Assembly (NCBI GenBank): GCA_016788635.1
Contig: JAEUSU010000007.1
Location: 159,870 to 223,869 of the forward strand
Origin: Flavobacteriales bacterium
Lineage (GTDB): Bacteria > Bacteroidota > Bacteroidia > Flavobacteriales_F > PHOS-HE28
DNA: 64,000 bases
Reading direction: 5' to 3'
The translations under genes were made by a program, and so were the position numbers. A model generated the notes under the pieces. It was not told the origin of the DNA and did not search any database. It saw only the letters and a list, made by a program, of their open reading frames with translations. Positions 25,967 to 35,400 of this stretch are shown here, one piece after another (within the stretch, counting starts at the first letter, position 1; every line of letters starts with the position of its first letter).

Positions 25967-27784
25967 TTACTTCAGCAACACCATGCTGCCGCGCGCCACC
26001 GTGCGCCCATCGATCACCAGGCCGTAGGGATATACGCCGGCCATGCCGCGATGCTGGTAGCGGATGGTGTTGGTGCCGCGTTGCAGGTTCACCGGCATGC
26101 GGGCATGTTCACGGCCGCGTGCATCCCACACCACCACATGCGCGGTGCCCGCGGGCGGTGGCCCGTTCACCACGATATCGATGAAGGCGTGGTCCAACAG
26201 GGGATTGGGACGGCAGGGCAGGAGCTCCACCGTGGGAATGGCGGCGTCGGTCCGCGCCGCGATGCCCACGGCATTGCAATCGATCGTGAAGGGCAGCGGG
26301 TCCGGTGTGCCGGCCGGTGTGTCGGCATCGTTGCCCCGTGTGTACTCGCGTGAGAAAGGGCTGGTGATGCCGTTCGCGTCCACACCCGCCACGCTCACGG
26401 TGTAGCCCACACCCGCGATCAGGTCTGGGATCAGGAAGGAGGTGTCGCTGGTGAGGTACAGGGCGGTGAAGTCCAGGTTGGTGCCCCCACTGCGCACGCC
26501 AATGCGGTAGTGCGGCAGGTCATGTCCGGAGGTGATGGAAACGCGCAGGCCCGCGGGTTCGTCGTGCACGATGAAGGTCGGTGTCTCCGGCCCCAGTGCG
26601 AGCAGGGTGGCGGACATGCCGTTGATGAGCGCGTTGCGCTTCAGGTAGTTCAGGTCCACGTACAGGCTGTCGATCACGCTGTCGCCATTGGTGTCCACGC
26701 CGAGGATGTCGCCGCTGGTGTGCTGCCGGTCGGTGTAGCCGGGGTCGTCCACGCCGGCATCGCCATGTTCGTTGGCCGAGGTGAAGCGCAGGTTGCGGAA
26801 GCCATCGATGCGGAAGGGGATGTGATCGCCACCCCGGCCGGTGCGGTCCTCCTGGCCCATGATGCTGATGGTCATCGGCACGGCCACCTGGCTCTGCATC
26901 TTCTCCTGGTAGTACAGCTTCACCGTGCGGGCGAAGCCGCGGTTGGGCAGTGTGATGGCGCCGTTGGAGAAGAGCTTCACCTGCGTGCTGTCCACATGGC
27001 CGGGACCGGGGCAGCCCGGTGGCGAGGCGGTGTGGCCGCACACGATCCCACCCACGATGTCGTTGTTCTGCACCGCCTTGATGGTGATGCCCTCGTTCAC
27101 GCAGAAGGTGGCCATGGCCTCGGCCCCGACCAGTCCCTGCTCCTCACCGGTGGTGAGCATGAACACGAGCGTATGTGTGAAGGTGTAGCGGCTCATCACG
27201 CGGGCGAGCTCCAGCACGAGCGCGGAGCCGCTGCCGTTGTCATCCATGCCGGGCGCATAGCAGGTGGGGTCGCAATTGTCCGCGCAGCGGCTGTCCAGGT
27301 GGGCTTCGATCAGCACCACGCGGTGGTCGGTGGTGCTGGATCCGGGCAGCACGGCCAGCACGTTGCGCCAGCCCAGCGCATCGCCACACACGCCTTCGGT
27401 GTCCTGGTAATCGAACTGCAGATAGGCGGGGATCAGGCGGTCCTCGTTCGCGGCGCTGAACTGCTGGAACTTGGTGTAGGCCCAGCGGCGTGCGGCACCG
27501 ATGCCGGTGGTGGCGGACACGGTGTCCGAATAGGACTGGCGCGTGTGGAACTGGTCCAGGCGCTCCAGGTAGCTGCGCAACGAATCGGTGCGGAGGCGCT
27601 CGCGCAGTTCGCACAGGATCCGCGCGTGGTCGTCGATCACGGTGTCCGCTGCGTATGTCGCAGGGTCATGCAGGCCCTTCATCACGTGCAAGGCTTCCGT
27701 GGAAGTGCATTGGATGTTGTATACCACTTGCGCGTGCAGGTGGCTGCATGCGGAAAGGAGGAAGGGGATGAGCAGGGAGCGCAT
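25967..27784 (-). CDS. M28-family metallopeptidase with T9SS C-terminal sorting domain
   Basis: It has a signal peptide, the M28 motifs GMDDNGSGSALVLELARV and TTGEEQGLVGA, and a C-terminal tail of about 80 aa (LLPCRPNPLLDHAFIDIV...YPYGLVIDGR) typical of T9SS CTDs. Confidence 0.8.
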   Translation of the reverse strand: MRSLLIPFLLSACSHLHAQVVYNIQCTSTEALHVMKGLHDPATYAADTVIDDHARILCELRERLRTDSLRSYLERLDQFHTRQSYSDTVSATTGIGAARRWAYTKFQQFSAANEDRLIPAYLQFDYQDTEGVCGDALGWRNVLAVLPGSSTTDHRVVLIEAHLDSRCADNCDPTCYAPGMDDNGSGSALVLELARVMSRYTFTHTLVFMLTTGEEQGLVGAEAMATFCVNEGITIKAVQNNDIVGGIVCGHTASPPGCPGPGHVDSTQVKLFSNGAITLPNRGFARTVKLYYQEKMQSQVAVPMTISIMGQEDRTGRGGDHIPFRIDGFRNLRFTSANEHGDAGVDDPGYTDRQHTSGDILGVDTNGDSVIDSLYVDLNYLKRNALINGMSATLLALGPETPTFIVHDEPAGLRVSITSGHDLPHYRIGVRSGGTNLDFTALYLTSDTSFLIPDLIAGVGYTVSVAGVDANGITSPFSREYTRGNDADTPAGTPDPLPFTIDCNAVGIAARTDAAIPTVELLPCRPNPLLDHAFIDIVVNGPPPAGTAHVVVWDARGREHARMPVNLQRGTNTIRYQHRGMAGVYPYGLVIDGRTVARGSMVLLK

Positions 27785-27844
27785 GAGGGGACGTTGGGGA
27801 TGATGAAGGTAACGCTCGCCCTGCTGGGAGCATGTGAGCAAGCG

Positions 27845-28636
27845 TCAGCCGCGCAGGTGAGCGGGGATCACGCACACCGGAATGGGCTCCCACTTGTGCC
27901 GGTTCGCCGCGTGCATGCGGTCGTAAATGGCGAGCACCACGCGCTGGCGATCGGCGAGGTCACCGGGTGCCATGCCACGTGCGCGCAGGTCCATGGCCCA
28001 TTCCAGTTCGGGGTAGCTGGCGCCGATCTGGTCCTCGTCGCTGCGGTCATCGCCCCACAGTCCATCCGTGGGCTTGGCCTCCATGATGTTGGGAAGGATG
28101 CCAAGTTCACGACCCAGCGCGTACACCTCGGTCTTGGTGAGGTCCGCGATGGGGGAGAGGTCCACGCCGCCATCGCCGTATTTGGTGTAGAAGCCCACGC
28201 CGAAGTCCTCCACCTTGTTGCCGGTGCCGGCCACCAGGTAGCGCTGGAGCCCGGCGAAGTAGTACAGGGTGGTCATGCGCAGCCGTGCACGCGTGTTGGC
28301 CAGGGAGAGCTGCAGGGCGCCTTCGCCATCCGGCTTCGGCAGGGCGGCAAGGAGCGCATCGAACACGGGTGTGAGCTGCACGGCTTCCGCGCGCACGTTG
28401 GGGTGCTGTTCGCGCAGCCAGGCGATGTGCTCCTGTGCCCGCACCACCTGCGCGTGCGCCTGGTGGATGGGCATCTCCACGCACAGGGTGGGCAGGCCGG
28501 TGCGGGCGCACAACGCACTGGTCACGGCGCTGTCGATGCCGCCGCTCACGCCCACCACGAAGCCCTGCTGCTGGTTCGCCTGGCAATAGTCGCGCAGCCA
28601 GTCCGTGATGTGGTCGATCACCCCGTTCGCGTTCAT
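27845..28636 (-). CDS. nadE: NH3-dependent NAD+ synthetase
   Basis: It has the PP-loop VVGVSGGIDSAV, plus GTGNKVEDFGVGFYTKYGDG. Confidence 0.85.
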   Translation of the reverse strand: MNANGVIDHITDWLRDYCQANQQQGFVVGVSGGIDSAVTSALCARTGLPTLCVEMPIHQAHAQVVRAQEHIAWLREQHPNVRAEAVQLTPVFDALLAALPKPDGEGALQLSLANTRARLRMTTLYYFAGLQRYLVAGTGNKVEDFGVGFYTKYGDGGVDLSPIADLTKTEVYALGRELGILPNIMEAKPTDGLWGDDRSDEDQIGASYPELEWAMDLRARGMAPGDLADRQRVVLAIYDRMHAANRHKWEPIPVCVIPAHLRG

Positions 28637-28641
28637 GCCCC

Positions 28642-28679
28642 AAAAATGCGAAGCCCCGTCCGGTGTGGAACGGGGCTTC
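28642..28679 (-). terminator. terminator-like hairpin after the porin gene, abutting the nadE start
   Basis: A 10-bp stem (28650-28659 / 28670-28679) is followed on the - strand by GCATTTTTG. Only 5 nt separate the T-run from the nadE ATG. Confidence 0.5.
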
Positions 28680-28696
28680 GATGGAAAGTGCGGCGA

Positions 28697-29419
28697 TCAG
28701 AAGAAAATACCAAGCGTCAGCTCCAGGTATTCGGCGAAGAGGCGCTGGGTCTGGTCGTTGTAGCTCACGTTGTCCAGCAGGTTGGTGAAGGCGCTGTTGT
28801 AGGTGACGCCCGCGATGAGGGTGGTGTGGCCGCTGAAGGTGTATTCCAGGCCACCGCCGATCACCACACCCACCTTCAACAGGTTCACATCATCCATCAC
28901 ATCCTCGTTGTCCAACACCTGGAAGCCGGTGGTGTACAAGCCGCTCGCGTCCAATACCGGGATCTCCTTGTCGGCCCGTGCCCGTACATTGAAGGCGGTG
29001 CCAATGCCCATCTGCGCGTAGTAGCGCATGTAGCCGATCTCGTTGGTCAGCATCTTGATGGTAAGCGGCACTTCGATGAAGCGCAGGTTGAGGTCGTGGC
29101 TCAACGGCCGGGTCAAGGTGGGTCCCGTGGGGGTCTCCTTGTAGCTGTAGTTCACTGTGAAACTGCCGCCGATGTTGTTCATAAAGATGCCCGAGCCCAG
29201 CATGTAGCGTCCGGTGGGGCCGATGGGGAAGTCCATCATCAAACCGAAGGTGAAGCCGATCTTGTTGCCGTCGCTCTCCGTACCGCGGGTGTCCGCACGC
29301 GTCCAGGAAAGGTTCGGAGCCAGCTTCACGCCGAAGCGCGTGATAAAATCATCATCCTGTGCGTGCAGTTGCGGAATGAACGCTGTGAGGATGGCCAGGG
29401 TCGCGAGGTGCTTCTTCAT
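28697..29419 (-). CDS. outer-membrane beta-barrel (porin-family) protein
   Basis: The signal peptide is MKKHLATLAILTAFIPQLHAQ. The sequence alternates beta strands and ends in ...LTLGIFF. The start was trimmed from the 323-aa ORF. Confidence 0.65.
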   Translation of the reverse strand: MKKHLATLAILTAFIPQLHAQDDDFITRFGVKLAPNLSWTRADTRGTESDGNKIGFTFGLMMDFPIGPTGRYMLGSGIFMNNIGGSFTVNYSYKETPTGPTLTRPLSHDLNLRFIEVPLTIKMLTNEIGYMRYYAQMGIGTAFNVRARADKEIPVLDASGLYTTGFQVLDNEDVMDDVNLLKVGVVIGGGLEYTFSGHTTLIAGVTYNSAFTNLLDNVSYNDQTQRLFAEYLELTLGIFF

Positions 29420-29426
29420 AGTTTTG
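29419..29426 (+). promoter_or_regulatory. Bacteroidota -7 promoter box (TAGTTTTG) for gldB
   Basis: This is an exact match, 30 nt upstream of the gldB ATG (29457). It overlaps the first base of the divergent porin start codon. Confidence 0.4.
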
Positions 29427-29446
29427 GGCGCCCTTACCGGGCCGGT

Positions 29447-29454
29447 CAAAAGTA
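29447..29454 (-). promoter_or_regulatory. Bacteroidota -7 promoter box (TACTTTTG on - strand) for the porin gene
   Basis: This is an exact match, 27 nt upstream of the porin ATG (29419). Confidence 0.4.
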
Positions 29455-29456
29455 GA

Positions 29457-30485
29457 ATGGTTCCGCTTCGCCCGGCAAAGGGCATTCCGATTGTCTTCCT
29501 CAGCGTGATGTTCGCCGCCTGCACGGGTGATGGCCCCGCCGTGGAGTCCGATGCGACCGAGGTGGTGCAGGCCGTTGACATCGTACGGCTCGACCAGGCC
29601 CTCTTCCAAGCACCTGTGCCGGAGTTGCGCCGCGTGAGCGACAGCCTGCGCCGTACACACCCCGGCATCTACCGCACCTACATCGAGGACATCCTGCAGG
29701 GCGCACCGGTGGACGACCCCCGCCTGCCCGTGGTGCTCTCCCGCTTCGTGAGCGACCCCGACTGGCGCGCGGCCCAACAGGCGGCGGACAGTGCCCTGGG
29801 CGACCTGGCCCGCGAGAAGGCGCTCTTCCGCACGGCCTTTGCGCGGCTGAAGGCCCATTTCCCGGACAGCCTGGTGCCGCGGCTCGTGGCCTACAACGCG
29901 GGCTTCAACTACGGCATCTATCCTGCTGACAGCATGCTCGGCTTCGGGGTGGAATGGTTCATCGGTCCGCAGCACCCGGTGATCGGCTACCTGGCCCCGG
30001 AGGATTTCCCCGCCTACGTGAAGGCCCGCATGACCCCCGCCATGCTCGTGCCATCCGCCGTGAAGGGCTGGCTGCTCGTGCACTACATGGGCGACGTGTC
30101 CGGCGAGGACCTGCTCGGCCACTTGGTGGCCACCGGCCGCGTGATGGCGCTGCTGGAGGAGCTGCTTCCCGGCGTGGACCCCAGCTGGTGCTTCGCCTTC
30201 ACACCGGAACAACTCACGTGGTGCGAGGCCAACGAGTTCATGGTGTGGAAGGAGATGGTGGAGAAGGAGATGCTCTTCAGCCGCAAGGCGCAGGACATCG
30301 GGCGCATGCTCAACGACGGCCCCTTCACCAACGGCTTCCCGCGTGAAAGTCCCGGCCACATCGGCGAATGGATCGGCTACCGCATGGTGAAGGCCTACCA
30401 GAAGGCCCACCCCGGCCTCAGCTACGCGCAGCTCTTTGCCATCGACGACCCCCGCGAGGTCCTCAAATTCTACAAACCCCGCTGA
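29457..30485 (+). CDS. gldB: gliding motility lipoprotein GldB
   Basis: Lipobox MFAAC. It resembles GldB (RLDQALFQ..., GFGVEWFIG, FPRESPGHIGEWIGYRMV) and sits immediately upstream of gldC, as in Flavobacterium. Confidence 0.75.
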   Translation: MVPLRPAKGIPIVFLSVMFAACTGDGPAVESDATEVVQAVDIVRLDQALFQAPVPELRRVSDSLRRTHPGIYRTYIEDILQGAPVDDPRLPVVLSRFVSDPDWRAAQQAADSALGDLAREKALFRTAFARLKAHFPDSLVPRLVAYNAGFNYGIYPADSMLGFGVEWFIGPQHPVIGYLAPEDFPAYVKARMTPAMLVPSAVKGWLLVHYMGDVSGEDLLGHLVATGRVMALLEELLPGVDPSWCFAFTPEQLTWCEANEFMVWKEMVEKEMLFSRKAQDIGRMLNDGPFTNGFPRESPGHIGEWIGYRMVKAYQKAHPGLSYAQLFAIDDPREVLKFYKPR

Positions 30486-30542
30486 CCGCGCACTGCCGCC
30501 TGCCACCTGGATGCCTTGAGCCTTGTCCCTTGAATCTTGCCC

Positions 30543-30884
30543 ATGCCCACTTCCGACATCCGCCTCTCCGTGCAGCTTGATGAGAACCGCGTGCCCGAGC
30601 GCATCCACTGGGAGGCAGAGGACGGCGGCCACCGCCGCACGAGCAAGGCGGTGCTGCTGAGCCTGTGGGACGAGCAGGAGCAGAACACCCTGCGCATCGA
30701 CCTGTGGACGAAGGAGATGACCGTGGAAGAGATGAAGGCCTTCTTCCACCAGAACATCCTTACGCTGGCGGACACCTTCGAACGCGCCACCGGCGAGGGC
30801 CGCATGGCCGCACAGATGCGCGACTTCGCCGCCTACTTCGCCGAGCACATGCTGCCGGAATTGAAGCAGCCGCCGACAAGCTGA
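30543..30884 (+). CDS. gldC: gliding motility protein GldC
   Basis: SDIRLSVQLDENRVPERIHWEAEDGG...LSLWDEQEQNTLRIDLWTKEMTVEEMKAFFHQ matches my recollection of the GldC family closely. The last ~14 codons lie in direct repeat DR-L. Confidence 0.85.
   Translation: MPTSDIRLSVQLDENRVPERIHWEAEDGGHRRTSKAVLLSLWDEQEQNTLRIDLWTKEMTVEEMKAFFHQNILTLADTFERATGEGRMAAQMRDFAAYFAEHMLPELKQPPTS
30831..30871 (+). repeat. direct repeat DR-L (inside the 3' end of gldC)
   Basis: gcctacttcgccgagcacatgctgccggaattgaagcagcc matches 37757-37797 at 38/41 positions, and the first 29 nt are identical. Confidence 0.9.
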
Positions 30885-30965
30885 GCAACTGGGGTCGGTG
30901 ATCCTTATGGAGTAGTGCTTATTCCGAGGCACACTTCAACAGCCAGCCATCACCGTTCCAAGGCA

Positions 30966-32465
30966 TCATTCCTTGATGAATTTCCCCGCCCAGGGCGTGC
31001 CAGAGCGGTCCGTGTAGTGCAGGATGTAGAGCCCAGGCGGGTGCGGCCGCACGTCCAGCTCGATCTCAGTGCTTTGGCCGCCGGGTTGGAAGGTGCGCAC
31101 CTCGCGGCCGGTGGCATCCAGCAGGCGGAAGGTGCCGTTGGGCGGTTTGGCGGAGCGGAAGCTGATGAAGAGCCTGTCCGCGGCGGGGTTGGGATAGAGC
31201 AGGATGTTGAGCTTGGGCTCGCCCGGCAGGCGCGGCTGCTCGGCGATGTGGTCGTACAACTGGCAGCCGGGCACCAGGCAGCCGAAGCTGTCCACGCGGA
31301 TCACCCACAGATCTTGTTGGCCATCGTTGCATGAACCCGTGGCCACGATGCTGCCGTCGGGATCTTCAATGGAGTGCCGCAGCCAATGCACGCTGAAGCT
31401 GCCTTGGAGGGGTGGATGCTGGTAGGTGCGCATCCAGAGACTGTCGCCGTTGGACGCGAACTTCATCAGTACACCCATATAACGATAAGGAGGACCTTGC
31501 TCTTGGTAGATACCCGAAGCAACAAAAGCACCATCTGTCAACTCGACGACCGAGGAGAATGCGGCCTCCACTGCGGGTGCTCCGAACTGCTTCTCCCAAA
31601 GAAGGTTCCCCGATTGATCGATCCGAGCAGCATACAACTTCGTGGCGGTGGCGGAACCCGATTGATATGTAGCATAAGCGCCAACTACAAGAAGATCACC
31701 GCTCGTCGTTGATATCAAATTGGCCCAACCATCTCGATAAGGACCGCCAAGCAACAATTGCCATTGCTCCACGCCCAAGCTGTCAGTTTGGATCACAAGT
31801 CCATCGAAATCTTGGGTCGATACCCAGCGATGGCCTCCAAGAATGAAACCATGGTCGGGTGACCTGGCGATGGTATAGCCTTCCTCACGCAGAACATTCC
31901 CGAATTCATGAACCCACACGATGTTACCCATGGCGTCTTGTTTGGACAGAAAGAGCTGACCAGATTGGCTTCCATGCCACACGGAGCCACAGCCAAAGAA
32001 CGCACCATTGAATTCCCTTACAGAAGCGCCGATCGATTCATCGTTTGCGTTAGGGAAGATCTCGACACTCCATAGGCTATCAAGTCCAGGTCCGATCCTC
32101 CAGGAGCGAGATGATAACCTTGAACCATCGTCAGTAGGTCCCAAGAGGATAAGTCCGCTATCAGTGGTAAGGGCAGGGCCATTCGCCCAACCTGGGAGAC
32201 ATGTCAAACTGTCTCTTCCCCAAGAGCGCAATTCCTGCGCATCCCCGTTCGCAGAGATCTCCGTGAGGCATACACGAACGAATGGATTCAACGTGTCGAT
32301 GCCTGCCTGAACGATGAGGTACCCCGAATCCAGCTGACACACGAAGAAACCCATCTCATCATGCCCTTGCGCACCATGAAAGTCGTTGCGGGTGCTGAAC
32401 TGCTGCCCCTCGCAGACCAGCCAGGAGCAGGCAGCCAAGATCGCTATGCAGGAGCGGACCATCAT
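30966..32465 (-). CDS. secreted protein of unknown function with T9SS C-terminal sorting domain
   Basis: It has a signal peptide, a repetitive beta-rich body and a CTD (LNILLYPNPAADRLFISF...GLYILHYTD). The 5' two-thirds has markedly lower GC than its surroundings. Confidence 0.7.
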   Translation of the reverse strand: MMVRSCIAILAACSWLVCEGQQFSTRNDFHGAQGHDEMGFFVCQLDSGYLIVQAGIDTLNPFVRVCLTEISANGDAQELRSWGRDSLTCLPGWANGPALTTDSGLILLGPTDDGSRLSSRSWRIGPGLDSLWSVEIFPNANDESIGASVREFNGAFFGCGSVWHGSQSGQLFLSKQDAMGNIVWVHEFGNVLREEGYTIARSPDHGFILGGHRWVSTQDFDGLVIQTDSLGVEQWQLLLGGPYRDGWANLISTTSGDLLVVGAYATYQSGSATATKLYAARIDQSGNLLWEKQFGAPAVEAAFSSVVELTDGAFVASGIYQEQGPPYRYMGVLMKFASNGDSLWMRTYQHPPLQGSFSVHWLRHSIEDPDGSIVATGSCNDGQQDLWVIRVDSFGCLVPGCQLYDHIAEQPRLPGEPKLNILLYPNPAADRLFISFRSAKPPNGTFRLLDATGREVRTFQPGGQSTEIELDVRPHPPGLYILHYTDRSGTPWAGKFIKE

Positions 32466-32468
32466 CGC

Positions 32469-35400
32469 TCAGCGAACGACCGTTACGGAAACTCCATCCA
32501 GTGAACCACGCCTGCCGAACAGCACCAAACGATAGAGCCCCGGGGCGTAAGCCCCCATGTCCAACTCGGAAATGAACGGACCGGAATACACGGGCGATCG
32601 CTGCAACTCCACCCCGTGCATGTTGTAGACGCCGACATATCCTCTGAATTCGCCCATTGGCAGGAAGGTCACGATGTTCAACCGGCCGTTGGTGGGGTTG
32701 GGCTGGGCGCGGATCAACCCCTTCTTCGACTTGGGCGCAGAAGCGAGTGACTCGACCATGCTTCGCTCCTCGCCCGGCAGGATCACCGGCTCCTCGAAGC
32801 CCAGGCCCAGGTGGCGGGCCAGCAGGGCGCGGGCCGTAGCGTGGCCGGGCAGGCTGTCGTTCTCCGCGATGGCCAACAGGGTCTGGTGCGCCTGTTGCAC
32901 CAGCGTATCCGCGTTCTCCGGGTCCTGGGCGAGGGCCAGCACCACGCTCCATACGTCCGCCTCCTCATCGGCCAGGCCGTGTTCGTCCGGTGTTGCCACC
33001 CATGCTTCCGCCTCGGTCCATTCCCCGCGCGCGATCAGCAGGGCCAGCCGTTCCACCGGTGCGGCCGGCAGGTCCTCGTATTCCATCATGTACACCAGAC
33101 TGTCCAGCGGAACGCTCGCCGTGTCCTGCAGCATCAGGCGCAGATAGTCGTGCCGGGCGCGCTCGGCGTCCAGCCGTAGGCTGCCCAGTTCCGCCTCGAT
33201 CCAGCGCCGCCAGGGAATGTTGCCGGTCTGCCCGTCCTGCACCAGCTCGATGAAGGACTCGTCCAGCTGGCTGCGCTCCACGGCCAGCAGCACGTCCGGG
33301 CTCAGGGGGCTGTTGGCCAGCAGGGCCTCGGTGAGGTGCCAGGGATCCATGGCCGCGTCGCGCTGCACGCAGCGGATCAGTATGCCGTCCGTCACCTTGG
33401 GCGCGGCGGCCAGCAGGGCGTTGCGCAGGGTGAAGGAACTGATGCCGGGGTCCAAAACAAGCCCCAACAGGTAGTCTGTGTCGCCGCCGTCCACCTCGCC
33501 GTTGTACACCGCCTTCAATTGGGTCAAGGGGCCTATGGCGCCTGAGAAGGTCAGGAACACACCGGCTGGTGCCATTTCGTTGCTCGTATGCTTCGGACAG
33601 GAAGAACCCGTTCCGTCACCAGCTTGGTATGAGAACGTTGTAGATTGAAGCACTACATGTGGAGGCAGTGTGGAACAGTATGGAGTGGTAAATTGATCGG
33701 TGTGGTGGAAATATGTAATGCCACTTGAAGAAGCATTGTTATGGTAAATGTCCGATTGATCCGCTCCTGGAGGACATTCGGGATAGAATCGATTACCAGC
33801 TGGTATGGATGTTGACCCTTGGTTCGCCGCAACGGCCGCTGTGCTCTTGGTCACAGCGGCGTCATAGAAGCAATCATCGGAGCCATCGGCATTCCCATAC
33901 TGGTTGCAACGGAATTGCAGGCCGAAACCCTGGGGACTTCCGATAACACGGTTATTGCCCTGCATGATGCTGCCCGCATACAGCTTGTTGAACTTGTTGC
34001 GGTAGAATTCATTGGGAGTGAGGGTGCTGCCTTTCACGAGCAGGCCCACGTTGCCCACGGTGTTCACACCCGTGAACACATTGTCCTCCACTTCGTAGCC
34101 CTCGCAGCCGTTCAGGTACACGCCGTAGGGCATGGGCCAGGGCAGTATGCTGGCGTCCAGCGGCCAGGAGCCGTCGCCGGTGGGGATGGTGAAGGTGTTT
34201 CCGGTGATCTCGGCATTGAACACGCCGGTGAGTACCACGCCGCGGTCGTTGTTGGAGAAGGTGTTGTTGCGGATCCAACAGGGCTTCAGGCCGGTGGCAT
34301 CACTGGCGCGAATACCGATGGTGAGCTGGTGGAAGGTGCTGCCCTTGGCGGTGAAGCGGGAATCGAGGGAGATGATGCCCGCCGGACGTTGTTTGGCATA
34401 ACCAGCGTTCAGCGTTTCATCCAGGGATAGGGTGCAGTTCACGAAGTTCACACCGCTCACGCCATCCAGTCGTGCCATTTCGGAATAGGCCATGGCACCT
34501 TCATGTGCGGTGGCGGTCTTGGTGAATACCGTGTTGTTGAACTGGCACCGGTTGGCCTGTTCGCTTCCGTTGTGGATGTTCTGGTAGGGCTTCAGCCATA
34601 CCGCTCGGCCGCAGTTGCGGAAGGTGCCGCCCGTGGTGGACGTGATGATGCCGCCGGAGGTCCCGGGCACGAAATGGCCTTGGGCATCGGTACCAAAGGC
34701 GCGAGCACCCACCAGCGCGTGCTCGATGGTGCCCCCGTTCATCAGCCGCAACACGCCCTGGTTGGTGGCGGGTATCTGGGATTGGCCGGCCACGCCCCAC
34801 ACGTCCACCCCCCACCATGCCTGTTCGCACCGGTTGGTAAGCGTGCCGCCATCCATCACCACGGCCGCTCCGGGGTCCACCACCAGCCGGCCACCTTTCG
34901 GGAAGTAGGCGGTGCCGGTAATGGTGAGCGTGGCGCCGCCGAGCACACGCAGGTTGCCATGCACGAACTCATCCCCGCTCCAGGTGGTGTTCACAGCGAT
35001 CTGTTGGGTGTGGGCATAGGTTTCTGTCATAGGTAACAGATCGGCCTGCCATACACCCCGTCCGAAGGTGGCTGCCATCAGTTTGCCTGTGCAGTTGTTG
35101 ATCCGCAGTTCAACTACGCGGATATTGGGTACGTCGCCGTATCGCGCCCAACACGACATGGCGTTGTCCTTGAAGTACACACCTGCATCCGTTGCGATGT
35201 ACAGCCGGTCAGCGGTGCCGGATTGGTACACGATGTTGTTCACCGGAAGATCGGCAAGGGTGCCCAGAGGATCGTCGTTCGACCAGGTGCTTCCGCCATC
35301 CTCCGAGCGGTAGACCTTCACCAACGGATCATACCCTGTAAATGACAGCCAGACCCGATCCGCGTTCCGTGGGTCTACAGCTATGCCAGTGATGATGGGC

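Noticed and set aside
26510-29455. A 981-aa + strand ORF spans the M28 peptidase, nadE and porin loci.
   Set aside because: It crosses three independently well-supported - strand genes and their intergenic gaps. Its translation is compositionally biased with no recognisable domain, so it is a GC artefact.
29214-29456. The gldB ORF has an N-terminal extension (a 423-aa version) that overlaps the porin gene. Similar upstream extensions occur at 1843-3660, 15479, 23857, 28697-29668, 58578-61175, 61664 and 63054.
   Set aside because: In each case the extension precedes a clear signal peptide or conserved N-terminus, overlaps a neighbouring gene or promoter box, and has atypical composition. Starts were trimmed to the first plausible ATG or GTG.
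30910-30918. The 9-mer GAGTAGTGC is present just inside both island ends (also at 37740-37748) and could be a recombinase core site.
   Set aside because: A single 9-nt match in 64 kb is compatible with chance, and there are no flanking inverted repeats. It is mentioned but not called as a feature.
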